A stretch of DNA of 64,000 nucleotides from a virus. Under the pieces are notes generated by a model. It saw only the letters and a list, made by a program, of their open reading frames with translations. It was not told where the DNA came from and did no database searches. The stretch is from positions 1-64,000 of IMG/VR virus record IMGVR_UViG_3300027852_000001, one strand, 5' to 3'. The translations under genes and the position numbers were made by a program. This document shows, one piece after another, positions 1-9,425 of this stretch (positions are counted from its first letter, which is position 1; the number at the start of each line of letters is the position of its first letter).

Positions 1-60
1 ATATTTATCATTAACTTCAAGAATTTCTTCCTTACCCCATGGCTTATCTACTGTTTTCAT
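1..60 (-). CDS. cupin-fold protein, N-terminal fragment (gene runs off the left edge)
   Basis: ATG at 60..58 overlaps the upstream TGA stop (ATGA). Hand translation gives MKTVDKPWGKEEILEVNDKY. KPWG.E is typical of cupin sugar isomerase/epimerase N-termini. Confidence 0.4.
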   Translation of the reverse strand, partial: MKTVDKPWGKEEILEVNDKY

Positions 61-1061
61 AACATACCCCCAAAAGCTAATGAATAATGATCTATTACTT
101 TCATGATTTCACATATAATGCTTTCCCTAATATCACAATTTAATTCTAACTGACTTATTATTTCCTTATATCTGTATCCATTAAAATGGTAGTGTCCAGC
201 AATTATTGCACACAGAAAACGATTTTTTGTAGCACTACTCCATTTTTTCCAATTATTCCCAATAATAGTTTCATGTATAAATGGGTTTATGTCAATCCCA
301 TAAATTATAGCTTGTGATAACACGTGAGATGTCTGAACAACTCCAAGTTGAGGGGCTATGTTGAGAGAATCTACTATACCATCTCTATACTTAATTTGTT
401 CTGTAGTTAAATAATCAGCATTATGTTCTTTTAATTTTGTTCCACGACTATGTAGAACAGCACTCATTTTTCTAACAATATCTGACCTAAATGTACCAGC
501 ATTGCCTATTTCGTGGACAAGACTTCCTGTTTGTACTACATAAAAAACGGGATTGGTTACACCCTGACATGTTTCTACATCTGTAATGATACGATTTACA
601 TCTGTTTCACTCACCCCTATATTCTTATCAGTACCTATTTCAAACATGACATCAGAACGAATAGACATAGCGTATTTCATTAATTCTAATGTGTGTTCCA
701 ACTTGTCTGCATGAGACATCCATTCAGCCAGACACAGATCTATGTGTATTAAATCAAATCCATTATCTAGATCACATTTTATGGTTTTCTTTGTATTGTC
801 AATACTATTTTCTTTTTCGTTTCCAAAACTTGGACCACAGTGGTCTCTACAAATAACTACATCTGCTTGTGGATATTTATTTCTCATTATTGCAATATAT
901 TCCATATATTGTTTTGTCCTGAAAACATATCCTCTTTCGGTGTCTATTTGATTTCTAGAACATATCAACATCAATTGTTTACAAAACTGACTAGAATACC
1001 TAAAAATAGCTTCAATAACTTCTTTGCTCATCGGACCAAAAGCCAAATTAGATGTTAACAT
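57..1061 (-). CDS. GatZ/KbaZ-family (tagatose-bisphosphate aldolase-like) TIM-barrel protein
   Basis: 334 aa. Motif series is colinear with E. coli GatZ as I recall it: SRNQI (TSNQV), RDHCGP (GDHLGP), IHIDLC (IHLDAS), EIGTD (VIGTE), VVQTG (VVQPG), EHNADY (AHSTDY), NIAPQLG (KVGPALT). Confidence 0.65.
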   Translation of the reverse strand: MLTSNLAFGPMSKEVIEAIFRYSSQFCKQLMLICSRNQIDTERGYVFRTKQYMEYIAIMRNKYPQADVVICRDHCGPSFGNEKENSIDNTKKTIKCDLDNGFDLIHIDLCLAEWMSHADKLEHTLELMKYAMSIRSDVMFEIGTDKNIGVSETDVNRIITDVETCQGVTNPVFYVVQTGSLVHEIGNAGTFRSDIVRKMSAVLHSRGTKLKEHNADYLTTEQIKYRDGIVDSLNIAPQLGVVQTSHVLSQAIIYGIDINPFIHETIIGNNWKKWSSATKNRFLCAIIAGHYHFNGYRYKEIISQLELNCDIRESIICEIMKVIDHYSLAFGGML

Positions 1062-1422
1062 TTTTTAACCCCTCATTTCTCGTTATATTTACACACCCAG
1101 CCGTATTTAATTCTCTTCCTGGTTTAATGTCATTAATAACAACCCTTTGCCCTCTTGGTAAACCCATTAATAAGATATCATAAAATAACCCATTACTGTT
1201 AAGCTGCTGCTCTGTTAAGCATCTCAAACTTTCTGGTCTACCAGTAGTTAGAACAATAGAATATCCATTAAAACACCACTCTCTGAATGCTTCTGTCACT
1301 CCTGGAAGTAGCTCGCATTTCTTTGTTAAAATAGCAGAAATATCTCCGTGATGTTTAAAAATACATCCATCAATATCACAAAATACGGTTTTAATATGCA
1401 TAGCATGGTCATTATGTTGCAT
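1048..1422 (-). CDS. HAD-superfamily phosphatase (small)
   Basis: 124 aa. HAD motif I FCDIDGCIF (DxD) and motif II-like VLTTGR. 11-nt overlap with the polymerase stop and 14-nt overlap with the next gene. Confidence 0.6.
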   Translation of the reverse strand: MQHNDHAMHIKTVFCDIDGCIFKHHGDISAILTKKCELLPGVTEAFREWCFNGYSIVLTTGRPESLRCLTEQQLNSNGLFYDILLMGLPRGQRVVINDIKPGRELNTAGCVNITRNEGLKNVNI

Positions 1423-3751
1423 TTATCAATTCCTTACTAGTAGTTTTTTCCTCAGCTTGTTCATTTACTAAGTTTTGAATTTCCCAAAGTTTATCTAGAG
1501 CAACAACACCAAGAAAATCAAACTTTACGGCTCCGAGATTTTCTGCATCTGCCATTTCTAATCCTACAACCCTGTCTTTATTGCTAGCATCATAAGCCAA
1601 TGGAACAAATTCATCTATTGGTCTATCTGCTATTACTATTCCGGCAGCATGTTTAGATTGTGATTTTTTAGTTCCTTCAATTCTTATTGCCTGATCAAAC
1701 AATGGTTTATACCATTCATATGCTTTTAGAACTTGGTCTATATTATGAACTGACCACTGTAATACACCATATCTATCACCAAATTCTTCTCTGGCTTGTC
1801 TTAATTCGTCAGAGATAGAAGCTTCATCTGGCATGTGCTTTGTTATTTCGTTACACAAATCGTGTGGGGTCATGCTAATAGAATTTTCATCATCTCCCTC
1901 TTTTAGTGCTTTTACTTTCATTAAATGTTTTACTGTATCTGGATTAGCCCTAAAGACTTCTTTAAGAGCAGCTTTTCCCTGAAGTCTACCAAATGTTGCC
2001 ATTTGCGCTACATATTTTTCTCCCCAACGATCCTTCAAGTAGTCTATCACCTCTCCTCTAAATACCACACCAATGTCAGTATCTATGTCTGGAAGACTTA
2101 CGTGTCCACTATGTGTTTTAACTTCTCTCGACTTATCTATTTCGTCATGCCCAGCAATCACTACTCCCAACCCATATAATAAGTGAGAATTTGATGGATT
2201 TGTTGATGGTTTTTGTTCAATCATGTCCTTTATGTACATCCACATTCTTGGATTATTTTCATCAATCCACTTTACTTCTTTTTTCATCTCGTCAGTGAAC
2301 TGTATGTTGTGTTTTTGCATTCTTTTTGCTAGACATAAAGAGACTTCTTTTCTGTCAGAATCCATATCTCTAGTATGGAGTAGTTCAAAATTATTAGATA
2401 TCCAAGTCATAAAATCAACGTGCCCTGCATTGAAATGTGGGGGAATATTTCTACTAACATTATAGAATCTTTCAAAATACAACCCGTATTCTATTGGATC
2501 TATACCAGTTATCCCTGTTACAAAGTTAACCAAAGATCCAGCACCAGACCCCCTACCTTTTCCCCTTGGTTTATTCATCTTGTCTACAAAATTACAAACA
2601 TCCCATACTATTAAAAAGTAATCAGATAGTCCAGCTTCTTTTATTACGACCAATTCTCTTTTTAATCTATCCCAATATATTTTTTTATCACTAGGAGATA
2701 GGTGAGATAGTTTTTCTTTTGCGCCACAAATACACAGGTACTCAAGATATTCATCGGAGTTTAGTCCTAGTGATTTTGATTCGTCATTTGTAAAAACAGG
2801 AAGATATGGGTTGTGTCTAAGACTAGAATATTCTATTTGATCGGCTATTTCGATAGTCGTAGCAAGTTCTTTTTCTGTAAAATTTTCTAACATTTCGGCG
2901 TATGATGGTATGTAGTAATTTTCAGATATGAAAAAGTCCATTATATCACCAGTTTGCTGGAATCTTCTCTCTTGCTCCTCTTTCGTAGTATGCATTTGAG
3001 CACACAATAAAAGTCTTTGATCTTCTGCATCCTCTTTCCTGGCATAGTGTGCGTCTATTGTAGCTACTGTTGGAATACCAGTTTCTTCACTGAGTTTCCT
3101 TAAACAATCTACTACAACACCTTGAATGCCCATTCCTTCATCTTGTAATTCTAGGTAATAGTTTCCTTTTCCAAATACTGCGTAATGTTTTCTCATAATT
3201 GCTTTCCCAACTTCTATCCAATCTGGTTTTAGAAATTTTCTAGAACCATCTATGTTTCCGTTGTGTCCAGCTATTATTGCCGATCTAAAATCAGTAAATA
3301 ACGACTTAGGAAGTTCTCCTGCTATACACGCTGTCAGGAAAATAAGATTTCCCTTCTTGGCAAATGGGGCAATGTCATCCAAATGTAATCTTGGTTTTCT
3401 ATAAAAATATTCCGGAAGATTTGATTTACTTACCATAGCCATCAAATCTTTTATACCTTCGTTATTTCTTGCTAGTACTATTAAGTGGTGTCTTTGGTTG
3501 TTTTTTGTATTTTTTATAGTAGCATCTTGATCACATATATACATTTCACAACCAATTATTGGTTTGATTCCTTTTTTTGTTGCTGAATCATAGAATGTTT
3601 TCATAGCAGATATATTTCCATGATCAGTTATTGCCGTAGCTGGTAAACCTAATTCTACACACCTATCCACTATGTCTTTGGGAGATGCAAGACCATCAAG
3701 AAGACTATAGTATGAGTGGCAATGTAGCGGTACGTAGGTCTTTTTAGACAC
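1412..3751 (-). CDS. dnaE: DNA polymerase III alpha (DnaE-type), N-terminal part only: PHP, palm and thumb, ending about 30 aa after the KFDFLG motif
   Basis: PHP motifs YVPLHCHSYYSLLDG, ITDHGN, IIGCEMY, IDAHYA. Palm motifs GRGSGAGSLV, FERFYN, LPDIDTDI, AVKFDFLGV. No FQLES/RPGP/YQEQ/FNKSH finger motifs anywhere in the window. The track start (3790) is TTG. I prefer the GTG at 3751, six nt after an AAGGAGA Shine-Dalgarno. Confidence 0.85.
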   Translation of the reverse strand: MSKKTYVPLHCHSYYSLLDGLASPKDIVDRCVELGLPATAITDHGNISAMKTFYDSATKKGIKPIIGCEMYICDQDATIKNTKNNQRHHLIVLARNNEGIKDLMAMVSKSNLPEYFYRKPRLHLDDIAPFAKKGNLIFLTACIAGELPKSLFTDFRSAIIAGHNGNIDGSRKFLKPDWIEVGKAIMRKHYAVFGKGNYYLELQDEGMGIQGVVVDCLRKLSEETGIPTVATIDAHYARKEDAEDQRLLLCAQMHTTKEEQERRFQQTGDIMDFFISENYYIPSYAEMLENFTEKELATTIEIADQIEYSSLRHNPYLPVFTNDESKSLGLNSDEYLEYLCICGAKEKLSHLSPSDKKIYWDRLKRELVVIKEAGLSDYFLIVWDVCNFVDKMNKPRGKGRGSGAGSLVNFVTGITGIDPIEYGLYFERFYNVSRNIPPHFNAGHVDFMTWISNNFELLHTRDMDSDRKEVSLCLAKRMQKHNIQFTDEMKKEVKWIDENNPRMWMYIKDMIEQKPSTNPSNSHLLYGLGVVIAGHDEIDKSREVKTHSGHVSLPDIDTDIGVVFRGEVIDYLKDRWGEKYVAQMATFGRLQGKAALKEVFRANPDTVKHLMKVKALKEGDDENSISMTPHDLCNEITKHMPDEASISDELRQAREEFGDRYGVLQWSVHNIDQVLKAYEWYKPLFDQAIRIEGTKKSQSKHAAGIVIADRPIDEFVPLAYDASNKDRVVGLEMADAENLGAVKFDFLGVVALDKLWEIQNLVNEQAEEKTTSKELINAT

Positions 3752-4697
3752 AAGGGGTCTCCTTAGTTGACGTTTTCTGCTGATCTCCAAAGCTTAAACT
3801 GCTATACTTATGGTAAACATATTCACTGCCAAGTGTATGTAAGTCTGACCAAACTCTTTGACATATGTCGTTTTTATTGAAACTACACATACGACAACTC
3901 CAGCTACGATTTCTTTGTATTAATGTGTCTTTTAGGACGGTGGTCATAAATTTATGCAACATAGCAATAGTTATCACTAAATCTTCTTGGGATAAACTTA
4001 TTGTAATAGGACCACCATCATTAGTATAATAAAATGTTATTATTACATTTTTATATTTTGGATACAAATAACAAACTGCCAAATGATATAATCTTGGCTG
4101 TATTTCATTCATCAAAGAAATTTCATCTATTTCATTTTGTGTATGAAAATTTTGTCTTTTCCCCGTTTTCCAATCAATTATCTCAATAGTGTCTTCGTCT
4201 ATTTGTCTAACAAAATCAATAAAACCACGTACAGCAAATTGATGTGGATTTTTATCAGAATCATAACACGTCCATTCATCACCTGGCATTGCTATTGAAA
4301 ACCATTGCTCTGAATCTATAACATCGATTAAATACGGATTATAATATTTGTCTTCAAGGATAGATTCTAGTGCTATTCTACATTTTTTAAAATCTGCAGC
4401 TTCCTTAAAATCTCCAGTATTTTTGTCTATTCTGGTAGTAGTTTTTCTTATTTCTACTTCTGGATTATCAGCAACATGTTCATCCCACGATCTATGTAAA
4501 AGCCACATTGGGTCCACATTTGTTTTACCTCGTTTTTTTAATTTTATCATCCATTCAAAAACTTGGTGAACAATTGTCCCCTGTAATGCTGCTTTACCAG
4601 ATTTCGATTTCATCTGTAATATATAATTCATGAAATACGAAAACTGGCAATGATTGTATGTTCCTATTGAACTGGCACTACATTTAACTATTTTCAT
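3744..4697 (-). CDS. PD-(D/E)XK nuclease, Cas4/RecB-like with Fe-S cysteines (copy 1)
   Basis: N-terminal Cys (KCSAS), core GFIDFV...IEIIDWKTGK, C-terminal CRMCSFNKNDIC. Start moved to the ATG at 4697 (MKIVKC), which overlaps the upstream stop by 14 nt. Confidence 0.7.
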   Translation of the reverse strand: MKIVKCSASSIGTYNHCQFSYFMNYILQMKSKSGKAALQGTIVHQVFEWMIKLKKRGKTNVDPMWLLHRSWDEHVADNPEVEIRKTTTRIDKNTGDFKEAADFKKCRIALESILEDKYYNPYLIDVIDSEQWFSIAMPGDEWTCYDSDKNPHQFAVRGFIDFVRQIDEDTIEIIDWKTGKRQNFHTQNEIDEISLMNEIQPRLYHLAVCYLYPKYKNVIITFYYTNDGGPITISLSQEDLVITIAMLHKFMTTVLKDTLIQRNRSWSCRMCSFNKNDICQRVWSDLHTLGSEYVYHKYSSLSFGDQQKTSTKETPCV

Positions 4698-5061
4698 TAT
4701 TTCTTCTACCTGTTTGCCAATTAAAGCGATCATCCAAATCTGTTCTGCCTGTTTCCTGATAATGAACGATACACATAACATTAAAAATTATGGCAGATGC
4801 ATGATCTTCATCCTTATCTCCAGCGACAAACTGAAATACGTGTCTCATTAAACTAGCTATACACCTAGATACTGGAATCCCTTTTGTCCAATTGTGTTCA
4901 TCATACTTCTCCGCACCTCTAGCGTAGTGAATAGCTAGTCTTTTCAATGCTGTTGGTGGTATTAGATCGAATCTAGGCTTACCATCCTCAGTATCTCTAA
5001 CAGCCCCTGTATTAAAATTTTGTCTCTTACCAGAATCTTTGACTTCAAAATCATCAGGCAT
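4684..5061 (-). CDS. dATP/dGTP pyrophosphohydrolase-domain protein (DUF5664 / MazZ-like)
   Basis: GKPRFDLIPPTALKRLAIHYARGAEKYDEHNWTKG...ASLMRHVFQF..GDKDEDHASAI matches the family signature as I recall it (GKPR.DLIPP..L..L......GA.KY...NW.KG). Confidence 0.5.
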   Translation of the reverse strand: MPDDFEVKDSGKRQNFNTGAVRDTEDGKPRFDLIPPTALKRLAIHYARGAEKYDEHNWTKGIPVSRCIASLMRHVFQFVAGDKDEDHASAIIFNVMCIVHYQETGRTDLDDRFNWQTGRRNNENS

Positions 5062-5062
5062 T

Positions 5063-6232
5063 TTAGTTCTCCAAAATATAATTATCAGAAAACATTGTTG
5101 TTTTCGATGTTTTCTCTAAAATAGGACCAAGTTTTTTTGTTATGTCTTCTGGAATCATATCACCAATATCATTTGCGGTATCTGGCGTGACACAGAATAC
5201 TCTAAAATAGTAATTAAGTTCTTTTTTTAATCTATCCATAGCATCATTACCAGCGGCGTCATTATCAAACATACATATTACCGTCAATGCTCCTGAATTT
5301 TGTAGTATCAATCTCTGTTGTCTGGAGATACTTACTCCAAGTAATGCTACGCTATTCTTAATACCAGCGTTCTCACAGGCCCAAACATCACCCGGACCTT
5401 CACACAATATAACCGTACCAGTCTTGCTGATATACGGCTTAGCATACCAAACATTATATAGACACGACTCACTACTCAATCCCTTTGAGTGTTTCCATTT
5501 AGTGTAAAGTCCTGCATATTTCTTTTCTGGACATGTTTGTCTTTGTGGATGGTGATACATTCCACATTTATCACATTTGTCATATATACTCCTACCCGAC
5601 CAACCGACTACATATCTTCCTGTAGAATCAAGTATTGGGAAAAATGCTCTTTGATACATTGGCTTATTACGTGTATCACAAAATGAAATATGGTATTTAG
5701 CTATGATATCTTGGCTTACCCCTCTATTTGGATAATATACTTGATCTGGGTTTAACATCCCGACAACAGTTGCCAATGGAGTTCCTTTTTGTTTTGATGA
5801 AGATTGTTTTTTTCTGTGGTTCTTTATTATCTTAGCAATCTCTACATCCTGTGCAGTTTCTTCCCCACCATCACAGTCGTCCAACCCAAGAACCTTAGCA
5901 ACAAAACTTACTGATTGTATAAAACTCCAATCTTTTTCTGTCTTGCGACTCATTGTCCCACGTACTAGTCCAAAAATACTATTTGATGGTCCGGTTATTG
6001 ATGAATTATGACACCCTCTTGTTTTACATTGCCAGTGATTTGAGTTTATTGCCCAAAACATTGCTCTATCATTGTTTCCACCATGCACTGGACATGCGGC
6101 TTGCAAATAATCTCGTCTTTCTGTAAATTCTATTCCCATTGCGTCAAGAACTTCAGCTACTCGCTCACACGCGCGTGCTTGTATAAAATCAACATTTAAT
6201 TTCTTAAACTGTTTCATTTGTTTTATTTTCAA
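5063..6232 (-). CDS. dnaG: DNA primase (DnaG-like zinc finger plus TOPRIM)
   Basis: Zinc finger CPVHGGNNDRAMFW...WQCKTRGCH. TOPRIM motifs ILCEGPGDVWA and MFDNDAAGNDA. Confidence 0.85.
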   Translation of the reverse strand: MKIKQMKQFKKLNVDFIQARACERVAEVLDAMGIEFTERRDYLQAACPVHGGNNDRAMFWAINSNHWQCKTRGCHNSSITGPSNSIFGLVRGTMSRKTEKDWSFIQSVSFVAKVLGLDDCDGGEETAQDVEIAKIIKNHRKKQSSSKQKGTPLATVVGMLNPDQVYYPNRGVSQDIIAKYHISFCDTRNKPMYQRAFFPILDSTGRYVVGWSGRSIYDKCDKCGMYHHPQRQTCPEKKYAGLYTKWKHSKGLSSESCLYNVWYAKPYISKTGTVILCEGPGDVWACENAGIKNSVALLGVSISRQQRLILQNSGALTVICMFDNDAAGNDAMDRLKKELNYYFRVFCVTPDTANDIGDMIPEDITKKLGPILEKTSKTTMFSDNYILEN

Positions 6233-7649
6233 ACGATTCTTTTGTTATTAAAGAGAATGGTTGCCCTTCTATCAGTTTGCCTATCGATAACATGTTGTGT
6301 ACATTAATATAATCTCCACCGTCCATTCCTGGACCATATCTTGTGTCTGTCACTATTAGTTTTTTTGTTCCATTACATGGTGGATCTTCGTTTAGTTCTG
6401 ATTGAGTCTTTGCTTTTAATATGGAAAAATTAGAACACAACCAAACAATTCTATCTGAACCAGAAACAACCTCAGCTCTTTCTTTGTCAACTCCATCTCG
6501 ATTTAATTGAACTGTTGCTAATATTGGTAATTTAAACTTAGTTGCAAAGTTGTGTAATGATGTAACCAAAAAACCCAACAATTGATATTCCTGTAATGTA
6601 TTACCTTTAAATCCACCTTCATCCATAAGTTTTATATAATCATATACTATCAAACATGGATTCGCTCCTCCACTATTATTAAATCCAACAGTTTTGGACA
6701 ACCAACGTCTTGCTATAGAAATGATAGCACTTGGAGCTAATCCTGCTACGGAAAAATGGTCTATTGATAGATTTTCAACTTTTTCTTTGCATCCCCATAC
6801 TGCTTCGTGTTCTTGGTGGCTTTCTCTAAAACTTCCGGTCTCTATGTGATTTAATTCAACACCAGAGACTATAGATGCAAGACGATGAAGCTGTGCATCA
6901 CTTGTCAATTCTGTATCTAGATAAAGAACTGGTATTCCGTTTTCTGCAACATTTTTCGCAACATTCAAACAGAAGAATGATTTTCCTTGTTTAGGTCTTG
7001 CTCCAACGACATTAACTGTTGCTGGTCTCAACCCACCACCTATTGCCATATCCCAGTAATTAAATCCGGTTGGTAATCCTATTATTTCCTGTGGAGATTC
7101 CTCTACTGCTTTCATGGTCGATTCATATTTTTTACCGAGTGATACGACACCATTACCCTGTGCCGTAGTACTTCCTGTAAAATCAAAGATAGGTTCTTCT
7201 ATCATACCTATTATTTCATCAACCTGTTCTGTCCCTGTAATCCCCTTCAAATTTGTACACACATTGTTTGCTGCGATAAATGCTTTTCTTGCTAGGGATA
7301 ATTTATATATAGCCGCAACCATAGCCATTACATTATCTTGGGATATACTCTTTTCATCTACTATATCTTCTAGGTAGTTAGTATTTTTTCCTCCACTTGT
7401 AAAATTATCATAACCCAACATTTTTGCAGATGCTTGTATACTTGGGATGTCGAATGTTTTTGCATTATCGGAATGAACCATGTGCGATAAAATATGGAAA
7501 AGTTCTTGATTAAATGTCCAATAAAAATCCGTAGAAGATAATATATCCTCGATATCAAAAAAACAGTCAGCACCATATGTCGTAATTCCAGACATAATTG
7601 CTCGTTCCATCCCAGAGTCTTGTAAAATAGCATTTGATTTATTGGCCAT
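6204..7649 (-). CDS. dnaB: replicative DNA helicase (DnaB family)
   Basis: GLPTGFNYWDMAIGGGLRP, Walker A GARPKQGKS, LIVYDYIKLM, VQLNR motifs. 481 aa. Confidence 0.9.
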   Translation of the reverse strand: MANKSNAILQDSGMERAIMSGITTYGADCFFDIEDILSSTDFYWTFNQELFHILSHMVHSDNAKTFDIPSIQASAKMLGYDNFTSGGKNTNYLEDIVDEKSISQDNVMAMVAAIYKLSLARKAFIAANNVCTNLKGITGTEQVDEIIGMIEEPIFDFTGSTTAQGNGVVSLGKKYESTMKAVEESPQEIIGLPTGFNYWDMAIGGGLRPATVNVVGARPKQGKSFFCLNVAKNVAENGIPVLYLDTELTSDAQLHRLASIVSGVELNHIETGSFRESHQEHEAVWGCKEKVENLSIDHFSVAGLAPSAIISIARRWLSKTVGFNNSGGANPCLIVYDYIKLMDEGGFKGNTLQEYQLLGFLVTSLHNFATKFKLPILATVQLNRDGVDKERAEVVSGSDRIVWLCSNFSILKAKTQSELNEDPPCNGTKKLIVTDTRYGPGMDGGDYINVHNMLSIGKLIEGQPFSLITKESFENKTNETV

Positions 7650-8097
7650 TAACCCTGCCTTTTGTTAATGAAAGACATTTATCACATTTTTGTCCAATTT
7701 GTTCTCCACCGGGTACTGGAGACATAAACAAATCTTCGCACTCACTACATGATACCTCATATTGTAAATTTGTGTTTCTTGTTGTCTTTCTTTTTCTTGT
7801 TTTTTTTGCTATTTCTATATTTCTCTTTACTTCTTTTGGATCTGGTTCTTCTGTTATTAGGTGTGATGTATCTAGTGCTTTAGTTTCTTCTTTCTTTGTT
7901 TTAGTGGTTTTTTTTGTATTTTTTTGTGGTGTTTCTGTAATATCACCTAATATTTTTCGTATATCACTTACTATTGTTTCAGCTTTACTTTTCTGTTGTG
8001 GTTCTAGCTTTTCTCCAGTCATGGTTTCATAACCACCACAAACATCCGACCAATTTCCTTTTAATATTCCGTTTCTTATCTTCTCTAGTGGCGTCAT
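7639..8097 (-). CDS. hypothetical Lys/Glu-rich protein with C-terminal zinc ribbon
   Basis: 152-aa ORF with an 11-nt overlap with dnaB. Contains CSECEDLF...CDKC. Confidence 0.5.
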   Translation of the reverse strand: MTPLEKIRNGILKGNWSDVCGGYETMTGEKLEPQQKSKAETIVSDIRKILGDITETPQKNTKKTTKTKKEETKALDTSHLITEEPDPKEVKRNIEIAKKTRKRKTTRNTNLQYEVSCSECEDLFMSPVPGGEQIGQKCDKCLSLTKGRVNGQ

Positions 8098-8099
8098 TG

Positions 8100-8522
8100 T
8101 TAACCCCCTTCGTTATATCTTGCTCTTACTAAACAGTTTATGTTTTGACAAACAACCTCTATTCGTCTCGTTACATAAGATATTTTTTCTATTCTTAATT
8201 CTATGTGTTGTATCCATTTGTTCAATTGTGAACGATCATCCCCAAATAATGAACCAATATTTTGTGATGACCACTTTATAAATGATTTACATTCATTCAT
8301 TTTTTGTTGAAGAAATAAAGCATATTGAGATAATATTAAAGCATCTTCTGATAATTGCGTTGACGACCTAGTTCTTAATATGTTCCTATCAAATTTGAGT
8401 ATATCTTCTACCTCATAACTATCTGGTTGATACGATGGAAGTCCTATCGATTTCATCCAATCATTCATCTGTTGTTGGTATTTAGATACTTTTATTTCTA
8501 AATTACTCATAATATATTTCAA
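8100..8522 (-). CDS. hypothetical protein
   Basis: 140-aa minus-strand ORF in the packed array. No motif recognised. Confidence 0.5.
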   Translation of the reverse strand: MKYIMSNLEIKVSKYQQQMNDWMKSIGLPSYQPDSYEVEDILKFDRNILRTRSSTQLSEDALILSQYALFLQQKMNECKSFIKWSSQNIGSLFGDDRSQLNKWIQHIELRIEKISYVTRRIEVVCQNINCLVRARYNEGG

Positions 8523-8862
8523 CTAATCTAAAACCATTTAGTTTACACCATTCACGTTTTTTTCTGTCTATGTCTTGTTGCTTGTGAAATTCTATTCGTG
8601 TTTTATGAAAATGTTTAACATGTTCTGTGTGTTGTCTTCCGTGGCATTCCACTACCAATTTCAACGACGGTATAAAAAAATCTAAAATAAAATTATCTTC
8701 TGGTATTCTAACTTCTTCGAATATTATATCATGTGGATACGTTAAAGCTAGTTCCTCTCCTGTTTCATATTGAAATTTTGATTTACATTTGGTTTTGTCT
8801 CTACGGGTTTTATTGGTAAGTTTTAATTTTACTTTATTACCTTTTGTAGACATTACTTCCAT
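8503..8862 (-). CDS. restriction-endonuclease-fold protein (DUF559/Vsr-like)
   Basis: ILDFFIPSLKLVVECHGRQH resembles the D...E.(D/H)G..H core of DUF559-type PD-(D/E)XK endonucleases. 119 aa. Confidence 0.4.
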   Translation of the reverse strand: MEVMSTKGNKVKLKLTNKTRRDKTKCKSKFQYETGEELALTYPHDIIFEEVRIPEDNFILDFFIPSLKLVVECHGRQHTEHVKHFHKTRIEFHKQQDIDRKKREWCKLNGFRLVEIYYE

Positions 8863-8863
8863 G

Positions 8864-9406
8864 TTATACTTCTATATCTTTTTTATCTATTCTCGCCATC
8901 AACCCTATCGTCCCATCAAATAGCGAACACTTAACTCCAGCTTCTTGTAGCATCTGCCAACCAAGCGTAGTAGACTCTATCCAATGTTCTGGCATGTGCT
9001 CACCCATAATCTTAACATGACCAACCACTTCAGTTATCCCTGCTTGAATTATTGCCTTAGCACATTCAGAACATGAATAAAAAGGACAATATAGAGTAGA
9101 ATCTTTTGTTGATTTTCCTAGTCTTGCTGCATTAAAAACAGCACCATTTTCTGCATGTATTATCATTCTATATTTTGTCTGCTGGTCATCTAGCCTAGCT
9201 CTCGTCTCTGCTACTCCACACGGAAATCTATTAGATGAATATGATATTATTCTATTATTCTTACAGACAATAACTGCTCCGTTTCTTGTGTTTGGGTCTG
9301 GACTTTCTGTATTTGCATATCCATACGCAAGTTTCAAAAAATTTTCAGCATATGTATTATTAGTTACTGAAAACGGCTTAGGTAACCATTCTAATCCTTT
9401 TGACAT
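8864..9406 (-). CDS. deoxycytidylate (dCMP) deaminase
   Basis: Zinc motifs HAENGAV and CPFYSCSECAKAIIQAGI. 180 aa. Confidence 0.8.
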   Translation of the reverse strand: MSKGLEWLPKPFSVTNNTYAENFLKLAYGYANTESPDPNTRNGAVIVCKNNRIISYSSNRFPCGVAETRARLDDQQTKYRMIIHAENGAVFNAARLGKSTKDSTLYCPFYSCSECAKAIIQAGITEVVGHVKIMGEHMPEHWIESTTLGWQMLQEAGVKCSLFDGTIGLMARIDKKDIEV

Positions 9407-9425
9407 ATTATTTTCCCAAAATTTA

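Noticed and set aside
2096-2449. An intein in the DnaE insertion, or a split intein at the gene end (1412).
   Set aside because: There is no Cys/Ser at the N-junction, no His-Asn plus Cys/Ser/Thr at the C-junction, and no intein block motifs. The ORF simply ends with a stop.
4684-5061. Calling this a Z-genome (2-aminoadenine) phage because of the MazZ-like gene.
   Set aside because: No PurZ- or DatZ-like ORF is present in the window. A single MazZ-like domain is insufficient.
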